Below, piece by piece: positions 45,077-53,403 of a stretch of DNA of 64,000 nucleotides (within the stretch, counting starts at the first letter, position 1; each line of letters begins with the position of its first letter). Source of the DNA: Patescibacteria group bacterium (GTDB lineage: Bacteria; Patescibacteriota; Patescibacteriia; UBA1558; GWA2-36-10). Position numbers and translations under genes: made by a program. The DNA is taken from assembly GCA_041665545.1 (NCBI GenBank), contig JBAYIQ010000004.1, forward strand, positions 18,132 to 82,131, in the 5' to 3' direction. Below the pieces are notes generated by a model, which was not told where the DNA came from, made no database searches, and saw nothing but the letters and a program-made list of their open reading frames with translations.

Positions 45077-46555
45077 ATGAAAAAATTAAAAATAGTTTCA
45101 ATTTCAGCCGAGGTCCATCCCTATTCCAAGACCGGTGGTTTGGGTGATGTAGCTAGATCACTGCCCAAGGCCTTTCATCGTTTGGGGCACGAGGTTATTA
45201 TTATCACTCCGTTTTATGCTAAGGTCATAGATCAGGGAAAGTTTAAGATTGAAAAAATTTTTAGCGATGTCAAATTAAGTATTGATGCCGAAAATGAAGA
45301 ATCGGTCAGCTACTATCGCACCGAATTATTGTCCGGATTGAAAGTATATCTTATTGGTAATGAAAAATATTTTTCTCGTCACAAAAAATTATATGGTTCG
45401 GAGCACGAAAATGCCCGTTTTTATCTTTTTGACATAGCGGCTCTCAAGTTGATATCGTTGTTAAAATTTAAAGCGGACATTATTCATTGTCACGACTGGC
45501 ACTCAGGACTAGTGCCCTATTTGAAACAAAATCGTTTCAAAAAAAGCGAAACACTGTCTAAGGCGGCCACGGTTTATACTATTCATAATTTAGTATTTCA
45601 GCTGGGGCACAATTGGTGGGAAGTGCCAGAGAAATATAAGGACAAAGGAGTCAAATCTTTGCCACTATTTGATGATAAAAAAATTGAGTATATCAATTTT
45701 GCTAAGCGGGGCATTCTCAATGCCGATGTTATCAACACGGTTTCCGAAACTTACGCCGAAGAAATATTGCGACCAAGTTTTGGACAGGATTTACATCGTA
45801 TTTTGAGGAACAGAAAAGAAAATTTATTTGGCATCGTCAATGGTATTGATTACAAGGATTATAATCCCATCAACGATCCTAATTTGGTGCTGAATTATGA
45901 TCACAAAAAAATTCAACGAAAAAAAGTGAACAAAGAGCACATCCAAAAATTATTTAATCTTAAAGTTGATCAAGATGCGCCAGTGTTGTGCACCACTTCG
46001 CGAGTCACTTACCAGAAGGGTTTTGAATTAATATTGAATACCATCAATAATATCATGGATATGGGTGCTCAGCTGATTGTCATCGGCGCTGGTGATAAAA
46101 GCTACATCAATGAATTCATGAAGCTGGCCAAAAAGTATCCCAAACAATTGGCAGTCATACCCTCACACAAGGAAAACCAAAAATATGAGACTTTAGTTTA
46201 TGCTGGCTCAGATATGTTTTTATTGCCTTCACACCATGAGCCCTGTGGCATCAACCAGCTTATTAGTTTTCGTTATGGTTGCGTACCCATTGTCAGGCAA
46301 ACTGGTGGCTTGAATGACACGGTAGAAAATTTTGAACCAAACAATGAAGCCAGTAATGGTTTTACTTTCAAAAATTACGATCAAAAAGAATTTTTGATTG
46401 CCTTGACTAGGGCCTTGGAAACCTACAAACATAAGAAGGTCTGGCGCGACTTGGCTTGTCGTGGCATGAAGGCCTCCTATTCCTGGGAAATACCAGCCAA
46501 AGAATATTTAGAACTTTATCAGCACGCCATTAAGATAAAAAATGATTCCCGTTAG
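45077..46555 (+). CDS. glgA: Glycogen/starch synthase (GT5), paralog 1
   Basis: KIVSISAEVHPYSKTGGLGDVARSLPKAFHRLGHEVIIITPFY is the GlgA N-terminal ADP-glucose-binding signature, with the C-terminal GT-B domain. Confidence 0.8.
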   Translation: MKKLKIVSISAEVHPYSKTGGLGDVARSLPKAFHRLGHEVIIITPFYAKVIDQGKFKIEKIFSDVKLSIDAENEESVSYYRTELLSGLKVYLIGNEKYFSRHKKLYGSEHENARFYLFDIAALKLISLLKFKADIIHCHDWHSGLVPYLKQNRFKKSETLSKAATVYTIHNLVFQLGHNWWEVPEKYKDKGVKSLPLFDDKKIEYINFAKRGILNADVINTVSETYAEEILRPSFGQDLHRILRNRKENLFGIVNGIDYKDYNPINDPNLVLNYDHKKIQRKKVNKEHIQKLFNLKVDQDAPVLCTTSRVTYQKGFELILNTINNIMDMGAQLIVIGAGDKSYINEFMKLAKKYPKQLAVIPSHKENQKYETLVYAGSDMFLLPSHHEPCGINQLISFRYGCVPIVRQTGGLNDTVENFEPNNEASNGFTFKNYDQKEFLIALTRALETYKHKKVWRDLACRGMKASYSWEIPAKEYLELYQHAIKIKNDSR

Positions 46556-46626
46556 AAATTTTCGATATCTAGCGGGTAGATAGGCATATTTTTTAATGAA
46601 TAAATTTTACGATAATTTCTAACGGG
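46548..46626. repeat. Inverted-repeat element of the CCCGTTAGAAATT family (copy E3), ending at the ATG of the GH57-like gene
   Basis: CCCGTTAGAAATT at 46548-46560 overlaps the last codons and stop of glgA. Its partner AATTTCTAACGGG at 46614-46626 is followed directly by the ATG at 46627. Confidence 0.5.
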
Positions 46627-47778
46627 ATGAAAAAGATAACTTGGGTTAATTTTTTACACATCTACCAGCCACCATGGCAGACAGTCGGAGTGGTACAGCA
46701 GATAGCTAGTCAGAGCTACGAGTACTTGGTTTATCTTTTTAAAAAATATTCAAAATATCGAGCCACTATAAATATTAGTGGGTGTTTGCTGGACATGCTT
46801 TTCGAAATTCGACCAGACTTGGTCAAAGAATTGCAAAAATTGGTGAGTAATAAACAAATTGAATTAACAGCCACAGCTAAATTTCATCCGCTTTTGCCAC
46901 TGCTTGAGCAAGAAGAAGTAATTAGGCAAATACAATTGAACGCCGAGACCTTAAAAAAGTTTTTTCCCAATTTGAAGCCAAGTGGTTTTTATTTGCCGGA
47001 AATGGCTTACAGCTTAGGGGTGGCAAAGATTATTAAACAATTAGGTTATAAATGGATAATATTAGACCCAATATGCGCTAATGAAAAAATTGATAATAAT
47101 ACACATTACAGTATTAAAAATATTGGGTTGACAGTTGTTTTTCGCGATAGAATAATATCAAAAAAATATCCAGCTGAAGAAATTTATAATAAACTAGAGA
47201 AACTAACAGCCAATGAAACAATAATTACAGCTACTGATGGTGAAATATACGGTCATCACCATGAAGATTGGCAAGGACATATTGAAAAAGTGATTTCTCA
47301 TAAAGATTTGGAAAGCAAAACAGTGTCTCAATATATACTTGGGTTAGTCAAGAAAAAAACCATTGCCTTGCGCTCCGGAACTTGGGAGTCGACCTTACAG
47401 GAGATAAAAGCTGATAAGCCATTTGTCATGTGGGCGGATCCGCATAATAAAATTCAGCAAGATTTGTGGGCCTTAGTTAATTTGGCCAGTAAATTGCTAA
47501 AAAAATACAAAAAAGATCCAAATTTTCAATGGGCCAGAATGCACCTTGATCAGGGTTTGATTTCTTGTACTTTTTGGTGGGCTTCGGCTCGTAAACCATC
47601 AGACTTTTCACCGCTGACTTGGCATCCGGACATGATTGACAATGGCGTGGAAGAGTTGGTGCGTAGTGTGCGCTCTTTACAACGAGCAACAACTAAAGAA
47701 AAAATGCAGGCCGAGAAGTTATATCTAGAAGTTAAAAAAAATACCTGGATGACTCATTGGAAAAAATATAGCAAATAA
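46627..47778 (+). CDS. Glycoside hydrolase family 57-like alpha-glucan-active enzyme
   Basis: N-terminal FLHIYQPPWQ (GH57 H-x-HQP region), TATAKFHPLLPLL (region II-like), and EMAYS. The size is 383 aa. Confidence 0.5.
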   Translation: MKKITWVNFLHIYQPPWQTVGVVQQIASQSYEYLVYLFKKYSKYRATINISGCLLDMLFEIRPDLVKELQKLVSNKQIELTATAKFHPLLPLLEQEEVIRQIQLNAETLKKFFPNLKPSGFYLPEMAYSLGVAKIIKQLGYKWIILDPICANEKIDNNTHYSIKNIGLTVVFRDRIISKKYPAEEIYNKLEKLTANETIITATDGEIYGHHHEDWQGHIEKVISHKDLESKTVSQYILGLVKKKTIALRSGTWESTLQEIKADKPFVMWADPHNKIQQDLWALVNLASKLLKKYKKDPNFQWARMHLDQGLISCTFWWASARKPSDFSPLTWHPDMIDNGVEELVRSVRSLQRATTKEKMQAEKLYLEVKKNTWMTHWKKYSK

Positions 47779-47785
47779 TATTTAT

Positions 47786-47889
47786 CCCGTTGCAAATTCA
47801 CTACACAATGTAACGGGCAAAAATAGGAATTAGAAATAATTGTTTTACCTTTATTTTTTTAAACATTTTATCAAATAATTTGCAACGGG
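47786..47889. repeat. Inverted-repeat element of the CCCGTTAGAAATT family (copy E4), with compensatory G/C variants
   Basis: CCCGTTGCAAATT at 47786-47798 pairs with AATTTGCAACGGG at 47877-47889, both carrying the same two-base variant. An internal hairpin CCCGTT-20 nt-AACGGG is present. An ATG follows at 47890, opening a 21-codon ORF. Confidence 0.5.
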
Positions 47890-47895
47890 ATGGAT

Positions 47896-48044
47896 CCAGT
47901 TAGAAATTCACGATATTTAGCCATTGTGGTAAGGTGTAGTGGTATAAGATAAATTTACATTACCACATAAGAGACAAGCTAATGCTTAGAAACAATTATT
48001 TTACTTTAATTTTTTAAATATTTTATTAGATAATTTGTAACTGG
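47896..48044. repeat. Inverted-repeat element of the CCCGTTAGAAATT family (copy E5), ending at the ATG of the kinase-like gene
   Basis: CCAGTTAGAAATT at 47896-47908 pairs with AATTTGTAACTGG at 48032-48044, with a compensatory CCAG/CTGG change. It is followed directly by the ATG at 48045. Confidence 0.5.
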
Positions 48045-49106
48045 ATGGAAATCACAAGCATCAAACGATACATGGACAAATTGCTGAACTTGGATTTTAT
48101 TACTACTTTGTTTAATCAAGGTCTTAATAAATTTTATCCAGATTTCAAGCAAGTGGATGGTCTGGTTTTTCACCCCTACAAGCGCCATGTTGGCAAAACC
48201 AGCATGATAATGGTGGTGGAATATGTCTTGAGTTATTTAACAATTGATGAAAAAATAAAAACAATCAGTCTATTTTCTTCAGCGCACTCGGACGGCTCTA
48301 GAACTAGGTCTTTTTATGGTCAAAGTTATTTATATGATCACGGTTTTGGTCAAGGCAATTTCTTAGTTGGTCGACCCCTGTTTTATCTTGATGAGCAGTT
48401 TGCCTTTTTTTATGAAGCAGTGCTGGGTCGTACTTTTCGTAAAGTTATGCAGGAAAAACCAAATGAAGATTTTTCCGTTATTTTGGATTTGGCAGCTAAG
48501 TGGATAAAAAAAATGCACGATTGTCCCATTGATAAAGAAAATAAATTTGTCTCTTTTGATTTCAGTGAAATGTCGCCCAAGCCACAAAGATTTTTGGATG
48601 ATATGACCAAAGTTTATCCAGAATTAGGTCAGCGTCTGGACAGCACCTTTCATCGTTTAGCTGATTTGAAGAAAAAAAATTTCAATACCTTTCCGGTGTC
48701 GATTATACACGGCGATTATCATCCAGAAAATATTATTGTAAAGAGCGCGGAGCCAGATAAAATAAAAGTTATTGACTTTACTGATTTATCTTTGGGTGAT
48801 CCTATGGTGGACTTGGGGTCATTCATCCAGCAGATAGATTTTATGGGCTTTGAGTGTTTGAGTAGAGGTAATATAAATAAGTATAAAACTATTTTTTTGG
48901 AATATTATTTTAATAAAAAATTTGAGGACATTGATATTAACGATTTAAACAGAATAAATTTGTATCAAGCTTGGGTAGTTTTGCGCACTACTTTGTTGCT
49001 TTTTTATGCTAAGTCAGCCAGTCACCCGCTTGGCGAGTTGATTGAAGAGATAGATCGCTACTTGAGCTTGGCGGAGGGCAGTCAAAGAAAAATAAACTTG
49101 TATTAA
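48045..49106 (+). CDS. Protein-kinase-like (APH/maltokinase-type) phosphotransferase
   Basis: Catalytic loop IIHGDYHPENIIV (HGDxHxxN) and activation motif VIDFTDLSLGDPMVDLG (DFxxxxxGDPxxDL), as in aminoglycoside phosphotransferase and maltokinase-fold enzymes. Confidence 0.5.
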   Translation: MEITSIKRYMDKLLNLDFITTLFNQGLNKFYPDFKQVDGLVFHPYKRHVGKTSMIMVVEYVLSYLTIDEKIKTISLFSSAHSDGSRTRSFYGQSYLYDHGFGQGNFLVGRPLFYLDEQFAFFYEAVLGRTFRKVMQEKPNEDFSVILDLAAKWIKKMHDCPIDKENKFVSFDFSEMSPKPQRFLDDMTKVYPELGQRLDSTFHRLADLKKKNFNTFPVSIIHGDYHPENIIVKSAEPDKIKVIDFTDLSLGDPMVDLGSFIQQIDFMGFECLSRGNINKYKTIFLEYYFNKKFEDIDINDLNRINLYQAWVVLRTTLLLFYAKSASHPLGELIEEIDRYLSLAEGSQRKINLY

Positions 49107-49115
49107 TTTTTAGCT

Positions 49116-50612
49116 ATGCCAAACAAAAATAAAACTAATACTACCAGCCAAGTGAAGCGAATAAAAATACTATTTTGCGCTGCCGAAGCCAACCCTCTAG
49201 CCAAGGTGGGTGGTTTGGCAGACGTGGTTGGTTCTCTGCCCAAAGCGCTCAATAAGATCGGCCTAGAAGTGCGCTTGATTTTGCCATATTATGCTGTCAT
49301 CAGAGGAAAATATAAAACCAAGTTAGTAAAAAAAGATTTGCCCATTAGCTTGGATGGTCAGCAACAGCGTTTTGATCTTTATCAAACTACATTGCCAAAT
49401 AGCAAAGTACCAGTGTATTTAGTCAAACACAAATTTTTTGATTATCCAGAAATATATTTTGGCACTAAAAAAATTAGTTTAAATAAAAGATTAATAGGCG
49501 ACGTCGAGCGCTATACTTTTTTTTCTAAGGCCGTGGTTGAGGTTATGAAAGCGCTCAATTGGCAAATAGACATAGTTCACTGCCATGATTGGCACACTGC
49601 TTTAGTGCCAACTTTCATTGATGAATACTCGGTGAAATATAGTAGTTTTCCCAATACCAAGACACTGCTGACTATACACAATTTAGCTAATCAAGGTCTT
49701 AGCCCTTTGGACATATTAGACTACGCTGGTTTGCATCACGATCTGACTCCGGCCGTGATGGAAGATTATTATGATCAAGATGGTCAGATTTTGGATTTGA
49801 TGAAAATCGGCATTTTGTCGGCTGACCACATAAATACGGTCAGTCCCAGCTATGCCCAAGAAATATTGACCAAGCAATATGGCGAGCATTTGGAAAAGTA
49901 TTTACTGAGGCGCCATAAAAATCTTAGTGGTATAGTCAATGGTATTGATGTTGATTTTTTTGATCCCAATAAAGACAAATTAATTTATCAAAAATATAAT
50001 TACAAAAATTTTGGAACTGGCAAGAAAACAAATAAACAAAAATTACAAAAATCTCTGGACTTAAGCCCTGATCAGAGCGTACCGCTATTTGGTCTGGTGA
50101 CACGCCTATTTAAGCAAAAGGGTTTGGACATTATACTTCCGGCCATTGAAGAGCTTTTGAAAAAAACCAAGTTTCAACTAGTGGTCTTAGGTTCTGGCCA
50201 AGCAGAGTATGAAAAAGCTTTGCAAAATTTGCAAATCAAATACCCAAAAACAGTGGCTGTCAAAATTGGCTTTGATGCTCGTTTGGCGCAAAAAATTTAC
50301 GCAGCTTCGGATTTTTTCTTAATGCCTTCTTTTTTTGAGCCCTGTGGCTTGGGACAGATGATTGCCATGCGCTATGGCTCTATACCCATTGTCAGGGCAA
50401 CTGGCGGTCTCAAAGACACAGTCACCAGCCAGAGCGGTTTGGTTTTCAAAAATTATAGCCAAAGCGAATTACAAAGAATGATTAAAAAAGCCCTAAGACT
50501 ATATAGCGCCCCTCGGATGTTTAATGGTATGGTAAAATACGATATGCAGTTGGATTTTTCTTGGAAAAAATCAGCCCTCGCTTACCAAAAACTTTATCAA
50601 AAATTAATTTAG
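49116..50612 (+). CDS. Glycogen/starch synthase (GT5), paralog 2
   Basis: ILFCAAEANPLAKVGGLADVVGSLPKALNKIGLEVRLILPYY is the GT5 signature. About 25-30% identity to paralog 1 by eye. Confidence 0.75.
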   Translation: MPNKNKTNTTSQVKRIKILFCAAEANPLAKVGGLADVVGSLPKALNKIGLEVRLILPYYAVIRGKYKTKLVKKDLPISLDGQQQRFDLYQTTLPNSKVPVYLVKHKFFDYPEIYFGTKKISLNKRLIGDVERYTFFSKAVVEVMKALNWQIDIVHCHDWHTALVPTFIDEYSVKYSSFPNTKTLLTIHNLANQGLSPLDILDYAGLHHDLTPAVMEDYYDQDGQILDLMKIGILSADHINTVSPSYAQEILTKQYGEHLEKYLLRRHKNLSGIVNGIDVDFFDPNKDKLIYQKYNYKNFGTGKKTNKQKLQKSLDLSPDQSVPLFGLVTRLFKQKGLDIILPAIEELLKKTKFQLVVLGSGQAEYEKALQNLQIKYPKTVAVKIGFDARLAQKIYAASDFFLMPSFFEPCGLGQMIAMRYGSIPIVRATGGLKDTVTSQSGLVFKNYSQSELQRMIKKALRLYSAPRMFNGMVKYDMQLDFSWKKSALAYQKLYQKLI

Positions 50613-50624
50613 CCGGATACAAAT

Positions 50625-51113
50625 ATGGATCAAAATTTGATTGTTGTAAATGAAAATAACGAAGTTGTTAAAATAGTTGATTCAGTTGAAGTACATCATA
50701 GCAATTTATTACATCGCTCAGTACACGTTATTGTTGTTGGCAAAGGAGAAAAATTTTTTTGTCGGCAAATTAGTTCCACCAGTTCCCTTTATGCAAATTA
50801 TTGGTCAACGGCCACAGGTGCTCATATATTGGCTAATCATGAGCCACTTGAGACAGCGCAGTATTCTTTAAAAGATTTATTGGGCATATCTATGGATTTA
50901 GAATTTATTGGAGATGTACGCATTAACGATGGTGTTGAAAATGAAATAAGTTCAACATACGTGGGTTATTACGATGGGATATTTAATTTAAATAAGAGTA
51001 AGTTGACCGACGGCAAATTTTTTACCGATGAAGAATTAAGTATTCTTTTTGAGTCAGAAAAAGTTACACCACACTTAGTTAAATCAATTGAATTATATAG
51101 AAAAATTAAATAA
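50625..51113 (+). CDS. NUDIX-fold protein (IPP-isomerase-like), Nudix box degenerate
   Basis: LHRSVHVIVVGKGEKFFCRQIS...YANYWSTATGAHILANHEPLETAQYSLKDLLGI matches the Nudix-fold topology. The catalytic REx2EE positions are not conserved. Confidence 0.4.
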   Translation: MDQNLIVVNENNEVVKIVDSVEVHHSNLLHRSVHVIVVGKGEKFFCRQISSTSSLYANYWSTATGAHILANHEPLETAQYSLKDLLGISMDLEFIGDVRINDGVENEISSTYVGYYDGIFNLNKSKLTDGKFFTDEELSILFESEKVTPHLVKSIELYRKIK

Positions 51114-51121
51114 ACAAAAAT

Positions 51122-52054
51122 ATGCGTTCAGAATTTAGAAAAGATTATATTCAAGAAAAATATGTAATCATTGCTCCACGGCGGATAAGGCGCCCCAATG
51201 ATGTCAGGGTACCAGTCGATCAAACTACCAAGCAATTTGATGATGCTTGTCAGTTTTGCCCTGATCATCTGAAAGGCGAAAAACTTCTCTATCATCTTGG
51301 ACCAGCCAAAAATTGGCGCATTGCCACCAAGGCCAACAAATATCCAGTAGTGACTCTCAATAACCCCTTGGCCTATGGTCAGCAGGAAGTGGTTATAGAA
51401 ACACCAGATCATCTTAGGGAGCTTGAAGACTTGCCAGTGGAGCATTTGGCCGAGTTGCTGACAACTTATGCGGAAAGAACCAAGGCCATTACCAAAAATA
51501 AAAAAATTGAATATATTTTGATATTCAAAAATAATGGTGGCACAGCTGGCGCCTCTCTACAACACTCGCATTCGCAAATTTTTGCTACTAATTTTCTACC
51601 GCCACATTTGGCTGACAAATCACAGCGCCAGCAAGCTTATAAATTGCAAAAAGGTACTTGTGTTTATTGCGATGTAATAAAAAAAGAAAAAAAGGGTCCG
51701 CGCTTTGTCTGGCAGGACAAAAATATTATTGCCTTCACGCCTTATGCTTCGATGTTTAATTATGAAATATGGATTATGCCCAAAAGGCACATTGATAATA
51801 TTACTTTACTTACTGCCGAGGAAAAGTTATCTTGGGCTAAGATTTTAAAACACAGCTTGAAAAAAATCAGTTTGCTCAACCTGCCTTACAATTATTATTT
51901 TCATCAGGTGATTCACGATGAGGACCAGCATTTATATATGAAGATAGTGCCTCGTGGCTCGGTCTGGGCGGGAGTAGAGATTGGTTCAGGATTGATAATC
52001 AATCCAATTGCTCCAGAGGAAGCGGCTAAGTTTTATAGATTGGGATTGAAATAA
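51122..52054 (+). CDS. Galactose-1-phosphate uridylyltransferase family (GalT-like, HIT superfamily) protein
   Basis: Zinc-knuckle CQFCPDH, and the histidine motif LQHSHSQIFA (HxHxQ) as in GalT-type nucleotidyltransferases. Confidence 0.55.
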   Translation: MRSEFRKDYIQEKYVIIAPRRIRRPNDVRVPVDQTTKQFDDACQFCPDHLKGEKLLYHLGPAKNWRIATKANKYPVVTLNNPLAYGQQEVVIETPDHLRELEDLPVEHLAELLTTYAERTKAITKNKKIEYILIFKNNGGTAGASLQHSHSQIFATNFLPPHLADKSQRQQAYKLQKGTCVYCDVIKKEKKGPRFVWQDKNIIAFTPYASMFNYEIWIMPKRHIDNITLLTAEEKLSWAKILKHSLKKISLLNLPYNYYFHQVIHDEDQHLYMKIVPRGSVWAGVEIGSGLIINPIAPEEAAKFYRLGLK

Positions 52055-52221
52055 TACCGCCCATAGGGCGACCGTCCTTTGGACGGGAAAGTTGAAAGTA
52101 AAAAGTAGAAAGTTAATAGCTTTCTACTTTTTTTGGCTAATATTAGGTAAATATTTATTTAATATTATCAATAGTTATTATATAATCCTTAAAATCTATA
52201 TAATTATTTTTTTGGTATTTT

Positions 52222-52650
52222 TTATTGGTTAATATTTTGAGCAATAAATTGATAAAGCGCCATTGCAGCGTATTCTGCATAGGTATTGTTGGTGCAACTG
52301 AAGCGATAGTAATCATCGATTGATCGTATAATATTATCGGGAGCAGTAGACCCTATTCTTTTGGTCCGCTCTAAAATATAATTAAGCTTTTCAATGATTT
52401 TTTCTATAGTCGTGCCAGAGTCTTTTTCTTTTTGTAATTCAGCAGTAACTTCTTGAATAATGTTTAGATATTTTTGGTAAATTGGTTTTAAATGTTTTTC
52501 TATTAGCAAGTCTTTTTCACTCGCCTGAATCCACCCGATATCTAGAGCATAAGTAAGGCATTCTTCGTAATATGTATTTTCATCCAGGATTTTTCCCCTG
52601 TCTTCATTTTGTATTTCTGGCCATTGTCCTGGTAATCTTGTTTTTTCCAT
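52222..52650 (-). CDS. Hypothetical cytoplasmic protein (142 aa)
   Basis: The ORF is preceded by a 104 bp sequence identical to the one upstream of the 52745..53308 gene. I recognise no motifs. Confidence 0.4.
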   Translation of the reverse strand: MEKTRLPGQWPEIQNEDRGKILDENTYYEECLTYALDIGWIQASEKDLLIEKHLKPIYQKYLNIIQEVTAELQKEKDSGTTIEKIIEKLNYILERTKRIGSTAPDNIIRSIDDYYRFSCTNNTYAEYAAMALYQFIAQNINQ

Positions 52651-52745
52651 ATTTTATTATTTCACTTTTCCAAATTTCCTTTTTCCAGCTTGCACCACAT
52701 CGCCGGATTTGATGATGATATCTTTGTCCCAAGCTGATATTTTTT
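52642..52745. repeat. 104 bp perfect direct repeat, copy 1 (contains a duplicated fragment of the tyrS 3' end)
   Basis: Identical to 53300-53403. It comprises the last ~29 codons of tyrS (...SGDVVQAGKRKFGKVK*), plus the intergenic ATAAAAT and a start codon. Confidence 0.8.
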
Positions 52746-53308
52746 TATATTACCATTGCTATCCCCATAGCCATTAGAGTATTCCACCATATATATAAAT
52801 AAGCAAATCCTATTTCAGGATGCAATTCCTTATATTCTAAAAAATCATTAATAGTACTTGTATAGATGGGGTTCTGTAGAGGGGTTGTGTTATATTCAGC
52901 TAGTAGCCACACAAAAGCAATTACCCCAGCCAATAAAGATAAAAATATTATACTGTTTTTTGAAATTTTGGTTATAGATCCTAAGCCAATAAGCATAATC
53001 AATCCACCCACAAAACCAGCTACTAGGAAAGAAAAAGGTGGTTTTATAATAGCTTCAGCTATGACCACCCAAAAAGATGCATGATAAGCAATAGCGCAAC
53101 AGGCGAGCCATATTAAGGTATTCTCAGGATTCTTTTTTTCTTTTTTAATAATAAATATGGCCGGAAATATAAAAATCCCAAAAATTAATCCTGGCAATAG
53201 AGATAAGGCATAAAAGTTATGGGTAACATCAAAGAGCAGAATATAGTTAACTACTAGTGCGGACATAAGGCCAAACAGTGGCAAAATAATAAATTTTAAT
53301 TTTTCCAT
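52745..53308 (-). CDS. Hypothetical polytopic membrane protein (187 aa, about 6 TM)
   Basis: The gene is flanked by the two copies of the 104 bp direct repeat. It has a hydrophobic profile throughout. Confidence 0.45.
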   Translation of the reverse strand: MEKLKFIILPLFGLMSALVVNYILLFDVTHNFYALSLLPGLIFGIFIFPAIFIIKKEKKNPENTLIWLACCAIAYHASFWVVIAEAIIKPPFSFLVAGFVGGLIMLIGLGSITKISKNSIIFLSLLAGVIAFVWLLAEYNTTPLQNPIYTSTINDFLEYKELHPEIGFAYLYIWWNTLMAMGIAMVI

Positions 53309-53403
53309 ATTTTATTATTTCACTTTTCCAAATTTCCTTTTTCCAGCTTGCACCACATCGCCGGATTTGATGATGATATCTTTGTCCCAAGCTGATATTT
53401 TTT
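53300..53403. repeat. 104 bp perfect direct repeat, copy 2 (authentic tyrS 3' end plus downstream start region)
   Basis: Identical to 52642-52745. Confidence 0.8.

Noticed and set aside
34666-48044. Integron attC-like recombination sites for the CCCGTTAGAAATT elements
   Set aside because: The arm order is GTTAGAA ... TTCTAAC, the reverse of the attC R''(RYYYAAC) ... R'(GTTRRRY) arrangement. No integron integrase or attI site is nearby.
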